Positions 21,980 through 34,481 of a DNA stretch of 64,000 nucleotides are shown one piece after another (position 1 is the stretch's first letter; the number at the start of each line of letters is the position of its first letter). The notes beneath the pieces are model-generated. The model was not told where the DNA came from. It saw nothing but the letters and a program-made list of their open reading frames with translations, and did not search any database. The position numbers were made by a program, and so were the translations under genes. The stretch is from Entomortierella parvispora E1425 (taxonomy: Eukaryota; Fungi; Mortierellomycota), in contig BQFW01000014.1 of NCBI GenBank assembly GCA_020891255.1, positions 496,001 through 560,000 of the forward strand. The letters run 5' to 3'.

Positions 21980-23881
21980 TCACAGCTTCGTATCTTGGCG
22001 GCCAAGACCATCTACAATTAAACGACAGATGATAGAGCAGTGTTAATAGTGATTCCAGTAGCTCAGTCGTCGAAAGGTTGTTTAGTGTCTCTACATTCTG
22101 GTATGTAAAAAAAGAGATTTACCTGTAAATCTTGGTCTTGGCATCCCAATTGAACTCAGGGGTCGTCCACCTGGTGCGCCAGCCGGTGGCCCACCTCCAT
22201 TGCTCACTCCTTTACCACCACTGTTCGTGCCGCTGCCGTTGTTTCCGCCTCCAACGACTGGGGATCCCGGTGGTCCATGATGCCCCCTACTGTTCTGTTG
22301 CTCCAACAGTAGATAATGCATCTGCATTCGAAGTCCATGGCAGACCGCCCTTAGACTCTGAACTTCCTCCTGCATCCGCATGCTCTCAGTCATGATGGCC
22401 ATATTCTGCTTCAATTCCAAAGACGCCAATCCAGCCGTCAGTGTCTCGATCTCGGATCTGATCCGTTCGTTTTCAGAGATCAAGAGCTCATGGGTATCGA
22501 CGGCGCCTACTGACACACCGTTATTATTGTTGAGGTTGGAGACAATCGAGTCGGCTCCGATGCTATTGTTCCTGATGGCCGCTCGCAGCGCCTCATTGTC
22601 TCCATTATCCACTCCGTTATCATAAGATTCTTGTCGGCTCAACATGCCATGCGACTGCGGGTCATAGGCACCAGCATACCCTCCTCCGCTTGTGCTCATA
22701 TCCATAAAGCCATGAGCATCGCCAAAGCCATTCGGTGTATCCTGTTGTGTGATCAACTGGAACGATTCCGAAAGCTGCCCGACCTGATCCCGCAACTGCT
22801 GCACTTGAGGTCGAAGATCCAAAAAGATGGCCCGCAACTGCTGATTCTCCTGCTCTAGTGCATCCATCTTTGTCTTTGATAGCTCCAGAAACCCTCGGAT
22901 TGATTCGTAGGGACATTGTGGGATATGAATCGCGTTCAAGTCAAACCGAGGTCCCTTCCATGGACATCCAAAATCGGAAAGAGAACACTGAATAATCTGC
23001 TTCGGGCACTCCTTCAGATGCTCCAGGTGCCGTATCCGTGTCCGCGTCGTTTCGCAATGCGGGCAGGTGACGCTCTCTGCTGGACACGTTTTGTGGTGAT
23101 CCTGGGTGTAAAAGAAAGGATCGAAAATCAGTTAAATTTCCGCGTGCTTGTGGACCAGACCTTCCCTCGAACGAGATTTGGTGAAACCCAGTGAAAGAGA
23201 CTGTTACTCCTCCCTGTTGATTCTGCACTTGACTTGACTTACTGAAAGCTCGGACTTCATGACCTTGGTATTGCACATTAGACAATCCACCCGTTTGTAA
23301 GGGCAGCTTTCCATATGTTCTGACAGATCCTTCTTGAGCAACTTTTTCCGGCACTCTTCCACGCGACAGAGTGTCCCGATATAAACACAGTCATCTTTGA
23401 GGTGCTTCCCAATCTGGATCCGTTGGCAGGTATGGTTGCAGCCCAGGGTCTTGTGAGGGCAATAGACCAAGAGTTCATCGCAGATGCGACTTAGCGCAAT
23501 AACCTCGTAGAGTGAAGAGGGGTCGATTGGGGTCCTGCAGAGCGGGCATCCATGGCTGACTTCCAGTGCTTGCATTATGCACCCATGGCAGAATGTATGA
23601 CTAATATAAAAGGTATAATGAGTCATGAGAAAATCCAATGCGGGTACAGGGCATGCGAAGAAAGGGAGGAAAGGAAAGGGGCATGCATACCCGCAGGGTG
23701 CACTAACTGGCTCTGTAAAGTATTCGCAGCACACACTGCACTGGAGACTGGTCTGAGTTGGCTCAAGGTACTGAAGCGAACGCGGGTCGTAAAGAGGCTG
23801 AGTTTCGTCCTCCTTCCTGGCAGCGGAGGGAGGCTCCTGTGTCTCCTTGCTGTTTTTGTGTGCGCCGGGTTGTTGTGGCAT
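21980..23881 (-). CDS. RING-finger plus TRAF-type zinc-finger plus coiled-coil E3 ligase-like protein
   Basis: Exons 23881..23691, 23600..23243, 23101..22123, 22011..21980. RING CSVC...PCGHTFCHGC...CPLC. Repeated TRAF-type fingers (CPHKTLGC...HLKDDC, C..C...HMESC, HHKTC, HLKEC, GCPW...HIPQC). Coiled coil, then terminal DGLGRQDTKL*. Confidence 0.85.
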
Positions 23882-24148
23882 GGCTGGATGTGAATGGTGG
23901 ATGTGCTTCCTGCCTATGGTATGGTCCTGCTTGTCGGTTGGGCGGATGCACGGAAACAGACGCAAAGCATGAATGACTGCAATTCGAAGCGAGAAACTGC
24001 CAGCACGTGATCCACTGCACCCTGCCAGTCCCACTTCCTAGAGGGTTTCTCAACCCTCTCACGTCAACTGGATGATAATGGGATGGATTGTTTATTCTTT
24101 GTACGGTAGGTAGGTATGATCCGGAAGGGTGTAGAGTCGCTATCCGCT

Positions 24149-25663
24149 TTACGTCGACTTCCAGGCAACGTAGAACTGGGCAAGGGCTGCAACGCCTCCA
24201 AACAAACCGACGCCGACATCGGGGAACGAGCTCTTCTCCAAACTCCAGTGCACAGTCAAGGGCAAGTAGCCAGTGTTGATGATCGTGTTGATGATCAGGC
24301 CCTTCTTCTCGGCCTTCAAGCTGGTCATCTCGCTCTTGTACTCGGTCTTGTCCACAGGCTCTCCAGTCTCGCGGGCCTTCTGGTCGGCGATCTGAATGTT
24401 CTTCTCCAACTTGACCAAGCGCTTCTTGTACAGACGGTATTCCTCTGCCAAGTGAGCAAACTGTAATACGACATAGGCAGCCCAGAATCGGCAGGACCAG
24501 ATCGAGATTCTGTTGGTCTTCTCCATCGACAAGGGGATCACCTCGTGGGCACCCAACCAGTAGAGATGCTCCAATGGGTAGTAGATCAAGTTGCAAATGT
24601 TCTGGAGTCGATCCAACGTAAGAAGGAGAGGCGAGGGCGAAGGGGTGTTGTCGACGTATTGCATCCACTGAATCAAGGGCAACAAGCCATAGTAACGGAG
24701 CAAGATGCGGAAGTCCGAAATGGGGTTGGCCAAGTTGCGAACGCGCTGGGCGGTGGACTCACGACCGCGTTTCAAAAAGTACCAGATGAAGATCTTGGAG
24801 AAGTATTGAATGACCTAGTGAAGCGAGAAAGAACGAGTCAGCGAGGGTGACAACGTGGGGGATGTTCCGTGAGAAAGAAGAGGATCCCCACGACCACGAC
24901 CGGTCGGGCAAACACGGACAGCAGCAGAGACCTGGCCAAGGTTAAGCTACTGAGCACACGACTGATCTCACTCGCGGTTTGTCCTTTTGCTCCTTTGCCC
25001 GCAAATCAGTCTGGGACGTGGACGTGCGTGTGGGAGGGAATGTAGCGTGCGGACGTCCGTCGCAGTGGACAAGGCACCTTCACCCCTCCCTACTCATCGC
25101 CCTCTCCTCCACACACGGTTCAGGTTGGGAAGGACCCTTTTCCTTTGAGGAACAGTATTGGATGGACGGGCCGTGTCAGAGTCGCTGTTGTTGTCCGCGA
25201 GCCTGCGACCCCACCATTCTCACTCCTGCCTGCATCGTGTTCATCCTTCTTCTTTTTGTGCTGCATTACACAATCCCGCTCTCCATGCTGCAGGGAGCAA
25301 GGGAGGAAGACGTAATGTCCCTCCCTCATCTGTCTCCCCGCTGTCTATTCCCAGCTTGTGCGGTTGGTGTGTCCGTGTACTTCGATCCGCCCTCCATGGT
25401 TTCTCCTCTGCGTTTCCAGTCTGCTGTGAGCGTATGCGTTCGTGTCCTGACTCGACAAACTCCCTTCTTCTTCCTCTCCTTTATCTTACCATGAGCAACT
25501 TGTCGGTACCGCGGACCTGGCTCAAGAAGCGAACAGCATGGTCCAAAGTAGGGCTGGCAGGGAAGAGCTTTCCGAGGGCGAGGATCGAAGGGGACTGTTG
25601 AGGGCGGACAACAGGCTTGTGAACGTCCTCCGAGTCGTGTTCTTGCTTGGATGGAGCAGCCAT
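24149..25663 (-). CDS. PEX11: Peroxisomal membrane protein PEX11 family
   Basis: Exons 25663..25490 and 24814..24149. VRFLSQVRGTDKLLMVIQY, ISDFRILLRYYGLL, YYPLEHLYWL, WSCRFWAAYV, and C-terminal GLFGGVAALAQFYVAWKST are typical of PEX11. Confidence 0.88.
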
Positions 25664-26120
25664 TGCTTTTGTGATTTGCGGGGATGTGGGGAAGGAGGAG
25701 TGGAGAGAAGAAAGGGAAAACGATGGAATGGAATGAAAGGCAAGGTCAACAAACAGGCAAGAAGAAAAGAAAAAAAGAACCAAAGCTCAGAGGGAGCAGA
25801 CCGACAAAATGCAGATTCGCACGTGTCGGCTCCGTCCTTGATTCGGCCGGAGCGAATTTGTCCGTTTTCTCGCTACATGCACTTTGGAGAGGAAAACTTC
25901 GGTTTTTTTTATTTCGTTTTCTTTTTTGGTCATAACAGGCAATGATCGTTCATCGGACAACGAGAGAGTGGAGGGTCGTTAGAGGAGGAGAGGCAAGGGT
26001 TAAGGATGAGGAGTGCGTGTGCGAGTGTGTAGTGAGTGAGTGAATGACAATGGATGAGTAGATCTGAAAGGGTATGTGGAATTTGAAGTTCTAGAGTGCT
26101 CCAAGGCATGTGAAGGGGCT

Positions 26121-28988
26121 TTAGTGGGGGTGTTGTTGTTCAGCAGTGCTGGTACTGGCCTGGCCAGCAATAAATGACGGTGGAGGACCCTGTGTGACCT
26201 GTTGATTCTGTCTTCGGGCGCCTTGAGAGGATGTGAGAATCTTTGTAGTTGACACGTTGAGGGCTTGTGTCCTAATGTTCATGGCTTCCAGCTCAATCTT
26301 GTATTCAACCAGTCGCTTTTGTAGCTCGACACAGAGTTCGACAAGCACGCGCTTCGACGCGAACCGGTACAATGTTGCCATGTCCGTGACCAACAAGCAC
26401 TCTTTGATTTCGAGCACTGCCAAGCTAGGGCATTGCATCAAGGCTCGGATAGTAGTGCTGGTCAGCGATCGGCAGCAATTGAGCGAGATGCTGTATTTTT
26501 GAATAAAACAAAAACAAACATTGGTCAGACAATTTTGAAGCTAGTAGAAACGATCGCCAAAACGGATCTGGCATTGTCTAACCTCCGTTTTAACTTACCG
26601 ATGAAGAGCCAGCTTTGAGTAGGAAGCAATCTGAACCAAGGCGTCATCTGTCATCGCACATCCGGCAAGACCCAGCGTGTTCAAGTTGCCGTTCTTTGCA
26701 ATCTCGACAACACTCTTGCCTGTTACCCGAGACGATTCCGTGACCCTGCCCACGTTCAGGTGCCAGAGATCTTTGCAATGCTTGGCAAACAAAATCAAGG
26801 ATTCATCCGAGATGTTGGAGCAAGCCCTCAGATCCAAATGTTTGATGCGAGGACAATTCAGCGCGACTTGAGAGATGCCTGCATCCGTAATCTTGGCACA
26901 TCCGGGCATCAACAGGTACTGGAGCTGGGGACAGTTCTCGGCGATCGCAATCACGATCTTGTCCGTGAGCTTTTCACAAATATAGAGTTCAATGTAGTGT
27001 AGGTTGTTGAACCAGGTGGCCAAAGGCATGATGTCGTCGTCTTGGACCATCTTGAGCTTGTGAAGGACGATTCGGCGGACGACGGATGCTCTCTCATGAA
27101 GACGTTTCTGCATCACAGTCGGAGACGCGATCGACTCCTCTTCTTCTTCACGGATGGCTTTGATCCTTGAGGCTCCTCGGGTGATACTCTGGCGCCTTAC
27201 AGGCTCATGCTTGATAGGAGTTGACGAAACAAGGATATCCGACTGTTGTTCTTGGTGGTTCACGTTTCTCTCGATACCCAATCCTTCCACTGTATCTGTC
27301 CGCTTCAACAGGTTCATAAACAGCTCCAGCTTTTGCGGGTTCTTGAGCCGGATCTCGCGCCAAAGCGTCTTTTGGGCAACGAGGTACCACTGCTTCGACA
27401 CCAACAAACAGCTGTAGATCTCGCGCTGGGAATAGTCATCGGCGGGCGTGAGGTCCACCACGAATTGAAAGATCAGGTGAAGGATCTCGGGAAGTTCAAT
27501 CGGCCGAGGCTTGAACGCCACCACGACCGCGGGTACGATCGAGCCGGCGTTCTTGAGGATGGATTGTCGCCGGACCTGACTGCCAAATCGATAGCGCTTC
27601 TGGTGCTTGGTCAGATTGACGCGGACGGCTTTCTGGATCTGTCTTTCTTCTTGCGCAGGATCTTCTTCCAAGTCCTCATCTTCATCTTCACTGTAGAAAT
27701 CGTCTTCTTCGTCATCGCCATCGACTTCCTCATCAATGTCCATAGCCATATCCTCTTCCTCCCCGGCTTCGTCGTACTCTTCCACATCGTCAAACTCATT
27801 GATCCCCGTGAGATTGACAGCCGTCTCTTGGGACTTTGTCGAAAAAGCCGATCCACGACGCGAGGCCGATCCCCCTGAAGACGATCCTGAGGTGACTGAT
27901 TTCAAAAAGCTGAGACGCCTCTTCATGACCTCCTTTTGACCCGGACTTTCGGTCACGGAGGAAGAGGATGAACCAGCACCTCCTCCAGCTACGCCATGTC
28001 CTGTAAAGTGTTGACGGTACTGGTGGTTATGGGTCGTGGACGTCATCGCCGATCGTCCCTTGTCTCCACTCTTCCTGCGCCCGACATGACCCGCAGCAGT
28101 TGGCGCCTCCTGGTGTGGATGAGGATGTGGATTCTCGCTGGCCACATGGCTGGCGACAGACGATCGACGACGACTGCTCCTGGTCGAAACTGGACTGTCA
28201 TGGCCAGGAGCCGAATGCACAGACGTCGCCCCATCCGTGACAGTCGAGCGCCGTGTCGCGCGACTGGTCTTGACACTTCGACCTCCAGGGGAAGCGCCTG
28301 CACTGCTGACAGAAGACGCGGTCACATTGCTGCTGCTTCGTTTTCTGTGTCTAGTCATTGGATGTTGTTGTTGCTGCTGCTGTTGTAATTGCTGTTGAGT
28401 CTGCTGACAGGAATGACAATCATCCTCTTGGGCGCCCCCAATACCACACTCGCAATCCTCACTAGATCCAGAGGACGAAGCAGAAGAGGCCATATTGGTG
28501 TCCCAAGGATGAACTCCGTGATCTCCGTTGTGGAGAGGCTGCAGGGGTGTGCCACCAATTGTGATCGCCTTAATAAACCGACGCAGTGACCCCGACCAGA
28601 ACGAGGCCGAGGGGGTGGAAGGTGGATATGGCACTTGGCCGCTAGCGGATAAAGAAGAACCACAACAAGAGGAGGACGAAGGCATGGAGGAGGCAGCTTG
28701 AGATTGAGATCGAGTATGATGGTGGTGTTGGCGAGGGGGTTGATGTTCCTGACGTCTTTCAGAGTGCCGATAATGGCTTTGTGATGAAAATCGGCGAGCG
28801 TGACCACCGCTTCCTCCACCCCCTCCGCCCCCTCCCCTGGTACCGCCGCCACCATCACGGCTGTCAGCAGATGTGGAAGTAGGAGGGTGCGCTGCGTGTT
28901 GAAAGCAATTCTGACAGGAATTGGTCCTGTTGTTACTGCCGTCGCTGGATTCCTCATTCATGGACTGGGACCTGTCTCTCGATACCAT
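26121..28988 (-). CDS. F-box/leucine-rich-repeat protein, Amn1-like, with long disordered N-terminus
   Basis: Exons 28988..26599 and 26490..26121. F-box ELPEILHLIF...CLLVSKQWY...LWREI. Cys-containing LRRs (CPQLQYLLMPGCAKITD, CPRIKHLDLRACSNISD, CKDLWHLNVGR). Amn1 similarity is inferred, not verified. Confidence 0.88.
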
Positions 28989-29901
28989 GGCGAGTTAAAA
29001 AGAAATAAATTCGAGGAGTCGTATAAGTTTTCTGTATGATGTGGTTTGTAGGTGGAAGGGTGGAAAGGCGGGGAGAGGAGAGGGAGGAGAGATGAGATAG
29101 GTAGGGAGGGGGAGTTATATCGTCGAAAAGACGGTGGGGGGGAATAGGAGGGACAATTATCTATCTATTGGGTGTCAAGACAAGAAGAGCAAGGAAAAGG
29201 TCGTTAGGCATAGGGATGCGGGGAGGAGGATCGTTAATGGAAGACAACAAGGTAAAAAAAGGTCAAAGAAAACAAAAGCACAAAGAGAAGCAAAGAGTGA
29301 AAAGAGCATCGACTTTTTGACGGGTGCCAGTTCGCCCTGGGATTACATCCCATGGGCACAGATGTCGAAGGAACCTCAATGACCCAGTTTAGTCTAGTCC
29401 ATTGTTAGGAGGGAGCAGTGCAGATATGGACAATGAACAGAGAAGGCAAAGACCGAATCGATCTTTCCCAAAGCCTTTCACAAAAAAGAAAGAAAAAGGC
29501 TCCTACACTTCCCCGCCAAAAGATCAGGGTCAATCAACAAGAAAGGGACAAAAAAAAAACGTTGGCCATTTGTCGATCTGTACCGGTTGCACAAGCGAGC
29601 ATGCAGTTGAGGTGAGCACAGGATCTGTGTGATCTAGAGGAGGGCGCAGGAAGGAAGTGAAGGAGCAAAGCAACAAGAGTGGAGTGGGGGGAAGTGATGA
29701 AAGGAAAAGAAGAGAGTAACACGAAAAGGTCAAGAGGGACGTCCTCTGTCCAAATTCACGATCACTGGATAATGCACGAAGCCTTCGGGCGAAACACTGC
29801 GAATGAGACTGACCCGCAACCCTTTTTCGTGACTCTTGGCCAGACATTCGCTCCGATCTCACTCACTCGTCGACGGCTGGTTACCATAGACAGTCGCCAC
29901 T

Positions 29902-29926
29902 ATGCAATGCAATGCAATGCAATGCA
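29902..29926. repeat. (ATGCA)5 pentanucleotide microsatellite
   Basis: Directly visible: atgcaatgcaatgcaatgcaatgca. Confidence 0.9.
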
Positions 29927-30506
29927 CAAGACACAGCCTCTATGGGGATGCAGTTTGCAAACAATGCTGGAACGAACGGGCGGTACAGACCGTGCGTGCG
30001 ACCGTTAGGATGGTTCGCGTGTATGGCTGGGATGCAACAGAACCATGGACTTGCACTAGTTTTTGGAATATCATCGAAGTCAACCTTCACTGCCGTTTCT
30101 CTATATATTACCCGGCGCTTTTGAAAAGAAGGCTATGAGCGAGTGTCACCCAAGGGTTACTCGACTCCCTCCCCCTGCGTGACCAAACTGCTAGACCCGA
30201 AAAAGGGCGGGAAAAAACATGCAAAGGAGTTCACATTTTGTGGAATCTGTCCACTCAAAGGTGGACGTCTGATTTGGCCCCATGTCGGGATGGCACCGGC
30301 TAGTCTATGTGCAATGGCTATGACGATAAGTCGAATGATAAATGATCTATGAGGGCATGTCCGTCTTGTATTTGCTAAATGGGGAGGCGGTTGTATCTAA
30401 ATGCTCTATGGTATGATCTTGATGACGGTCGCGTATTAAAGACTAGGACGCGACAACATGATGAAAAAATATATAAAAAAAAGGCGAAGCGATGTGGCAC
30501 AGGCAC

Positions 30507-32476
30507 TTAAGTGGTGCCTTTGGCAAGCATCTTCAGTTTCCGGGAACAGAACAGGAACACCATCATACTGATGCCGAGTGCTGTTGATCCGACTATCGCA
30601 AAAGCATGAGGGTTGGTCTCCAAATAGTTGTGCAAGTTCATGCCGTACAAACTAGCAATGATTGCTCCACTCGACATGCCCAACGTGCCCATAGCGATCC
30701 GAAGCTCAAACAGCAAGAGCTGGTTACGGTTGGCGCCCAAGATCACGTTCACAATCTCTTCGGTCGATTGCATTTGTTGCCTGACGATCGAGACTGTGTT
30801 GGCGATTTCCTCCACTTGCTTCAGGTACGATTCCAGTAAAATTTCAATCTCCTCGTGAGAATCCTCTGACCTTGGAGTACCATTCTTCTTGTCCGTCAAG
30901 TACATGTTGGCGAGGTCGTCGTCTAAAAAAAAGAATTGGGCGCATCATGGTTAAGTTGCGCCATTCATCATACTTGACCTTAATATTCTCAGATCTCATG
31001 TCACTGTACCTTGGTCCAAAACTTCAACAAACACATCACGAATCAGCAGAGTTTTGGATTCAAAACGGGACAACTTCTTTGAGTACTGAAGCAACTCCTT
31101 CAGCTTGTTTTGGTCAATGCTCTCTTCCAGGTGAGCCAACAGGTTGGTGACGAAATGGACGAGCACCTCCATCTCCGACTGCAAGGAAGTCAGGACCGAG
31201 ATGAAGATGGCTTCCATGGCCCTGAACTCAAAGGGGAGCCCTCCAGCGGCGCTTGTGCTCATCCTTAGCTTCTCCTCCAGGTCGTAAATGAAAATAGATT
31301 GGTTGTAGCTGTCCGTGGATCCGAAAGAGTCAAAGAGCACAACAAGATCCGCCTTGATCAGCGCTCGGATGTGTCCGACATTGATGAGAATTGCCTCTGG
31401 TCGCACAAGAATCACTGGCATTTGGTTGTTGAAGCTGCTGTCGATCTTGCGCAAGTCCCGAGCATGCAAGCCGTGCTAATGAGAGAGAGAGAGAGCGTGT
31501 CAGTTTTCCGACAAGACATTTTCCGACAATGCTGCCATCGATAGATCATTACCTGTTGACACAAATCGCTCTTGAGAAACTCGCCTGCAGTTGTTTTGAC
31601 GTTGCCTCGGTGATCAAACTCGGTGCATCGCAGCTTGATCTCGTTCTTGATGGTATGATGAGGAACAGCAGCAAAAGACCGTTGAGCGCGGTTTGCAGAA
31701 TCAACGGATCCCGGGCTCAACTGCAGCACAGGTCGTGTCGGCATGGTGGCCATCGAGCGCACCTTTGATAATGAGGCAGCAGTTGTCTCTTTGTGAAAGG
31801 GTCGTCTCCATGTTTGCAAAGAGTCTACTGATAGCTTTGCGACAGTAGTGGAGGAGGAGGATGACGAGGAGGATGACGAGGGAGAAGGCGTAGGCTTGTT
31901 TGAGTGTGTCCAGGAGGAGAAGAAGGTCGAAGGAAAGGAGGTATATCTGGGGGGAGTGGATGGGCAAAGTTCAGACCGTGCCGATAAGGACGACGTACGG
32001 GATTTCCGGGAATGGAAGCCGCGACTGTGCGACGACAGCGACGGACTGGGCGATTTTCCGTTTTGCACCGAGGCTGGGATGGCCCTTTGAGCAAAGAGCG
32101 CCGTCTTTGTGTTGCCGCTGCCTCTATGGAGACCACTGACGCCGTTATGGATGCTGCCACTGACGATCGGTGTGCTGTGGTTGCTGTGGCTGCTGTGGCT
32201 ATGGTCGTTCCTGAGTCGAAGACTGCTGCCCTGCAGGGACTGTTTGCCACAAGTAGTTGAGAAGCACCTTCCTGGGGCGGATCGCTTGCAGAAGTTGCCA
32301 AAGGCCGAGCCAGATATTGATGAAGACAAAGGCACAGTCGATTGGAGGCTTTTGGAGGAAACCGGAAGCGTGCAAGACTGCAGCCACCTGAATGGAGAGG
32401 AGCACGTTGAGGACTGGGAGGGGCAGAAGGTCCTCTGGGCCTGAGCCGAAGAGCAGAGTCTGGAGGCCCGTTGCAT
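30507..32476 (-). CDS. MRS2: Mitochondrial CorA-family Mg2+ channel MRS2/LPE10
   Basis: Exons 32476..31553, 31475..31010, 30922..30507. Long Arg/Ser-rich presequence-like N-terminus, LRCTEFD, HGLHARDLRKID, PFEFRAMEA, IEILLESY, ANRNQLL and the GMN signature (LYGMNL). Confidence 0.95.
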
Positions 32477-32994
32477 TAGATGGCGACGAATTCAGGGACG
32501 GGGTGAAAACGAATGTGTGTGCAAATAAGATAAAAAGAGGAAGGCGATGGATGTGTGGAGAATGGAGAATGGAGAATGGGAAGGTGGATGGATGCGGTCA
32601 ACAGAGGAAGGTGCCAGCTTGTCTCAAGAGGGGACAATGCATGCAACACAAAAACGAAGAGAAACACCGACAGCTTGTGGGACAGGAAAGGAAAGGGAAG
32701 ATTAGACAGTCACAAGGTGGCTTGGCCGTTGTTTACCGCACTCTTCTGCCTCTGTCCTTTTTTTTTTTTTTTTGCTGGTCAAGGGTGCCTTGAACGAACG
32801 AGTGAATGCAACAGCAGTGTTTCCATCCATCTCTTCTTCTTCCATCAGTCATTCAATCGCCCTGCCGGCCCCTCTGTCGATTGAACCTGAACAACCCTCC
32901 ATTTCCCTTTCTCTCTCCCTTATCATTCATTGCACTCTCACCCACAACCTGCATCCTTTCTTAATTCCACTCTAACACACATACACGCTCCATT
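32477..32994. promoter_or_regulatory. Probable bidirectional promoter between MRS2 and BMS1
   Basis: 518-bp head-to-head gap with pyrimidine-rich leaders on each coding strand. Positional inference only. Confidence 0.5.
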
Positions 32995-34449
32995 ATGGAT
33001 ACGCCGCAGAAGGCCCACAGGAAGAGCACTGTCGGCGCCAAAGCCAACAAGCACAAGAAAAATGCCGAAAAGAACAACCCCAAGGTGCGTCCTTCTTGAC
33101 ATTCCGGAACCATCGGCTACACACTAAAAGACAAGCCTCTGGATATTGACTTTTCCTCCAATATTGCTCTGTTAGGCGTTCGCTTTCTTGTCAGGCAGAA
33201 AGGCAGAGAAGCAGGCCCGCAGAAACTTGGACAGGGACCAGACTAGACTGCATGTTCCTCTCGTCGACCGTACACCCATGGAGGCTCCTCCTGTCGTGGT
33301 GGCCGTTGTTGGACCCCCTGGCGTAAGCTCCTTTTCTTTGCTTTGAACTTGTTTGCACTTACTGAACGCAGTGGACTGACCTTTTGTTTATTATGCTAAA
33401 CAAACAAACAGACTGGAAAGACGACATTGATCAAGTCTCTCGTCAAACGATTCACAAAGCACTCGCTTTCCGAGATCAAGGGACCTATCACCGTCATCAG
33501 TGGAAAGAAGCGCCGCCTCACCTTTATCGAATGCAACAACGATCTTAACAGCATGATTGACGTCGCCAAGGTTGCCGATTTGATTTTGCTCATGATCGAC
33601 GCCTCGTTTGGACTTGAGATGGAGACCTTTGAATTCCTCAACATCTTGCAGACCCATGGATTCCCAAAGATCATGGGTGTCCTTACTCACTTGGATCGCT
33701 TCAAGAACAACAAGACTCTCAAGACCACAAAGAAGAAGCTCAAGCATCGTTTCTGGACTGAGATCTACCAGGGCGCCAAATTGTTTTATCTTTCCGGTGT
33801 CATCAATGGACGTTACCCAAACCAGGAGATCTTGAACTTGTCCAGATTCATCTCCGTCATGAAGTTCCGTCCTTTGATCTGGAGAAACACCCATCCCTAT
33901 ATGATTGCCGACCGTGTCGAGGATCTCACTGACCCCGAAATGGTCCGTCAAAACCCTACCTGTGATCGCACCGTCACCCTCTATGGATACCTTCGCGGAA
34001 CCAACATGAAGTCGGGCATGCGAGTTCATATTCCAGGAGTGGGCGATCATTACATGAGCGACGTCAGCATTCTTGCAGACCCTTGCCCCTTGCCTGACAA
34101 GGTCAAGAAGCGTTTGGATGAGAAGCAAAAGCTGATCTATGCGCCCATGTCCGATGTTGGTGGTATCATGTACGATAAGGATGCCGTCTACATTAACGTG
34201 CCTGGATCCTTCACAAAGAAGAGCCAGATCGTCAAGAACTCGGTCAAGGGCGCTGGAGAGGAGTCTGGAGAGGAAGGCGAAGACCAGGAGGAGGAAGAAT
34301 CAGAGGAAGAGGATTACGAAAAGGGTCAAGGCGAGAGAATGGTCATGAACCTTCAGGATGCTCCCGATACCCTGGCCAGCCAGCTTGAGGAGAGTGAGCT
34401 TCGTATTTTTGCCGATTCTACTCCTATGCGCGCTGGAGACGTCGATGAG

Positions 34450-34481
<32 letters not shown>

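Noticed and set aside
23763-24668. 301-aa ORF overlapping PEX11 and the TRAF gene on the same strand
   Set aside because: Alternate frame of real genes plus intergenic DNA, with no recognisable features.
33391-34128. 245-aa antisense ORF opposite BMS1 exon 3
   Set aside because: Same shadow-ORF effect.
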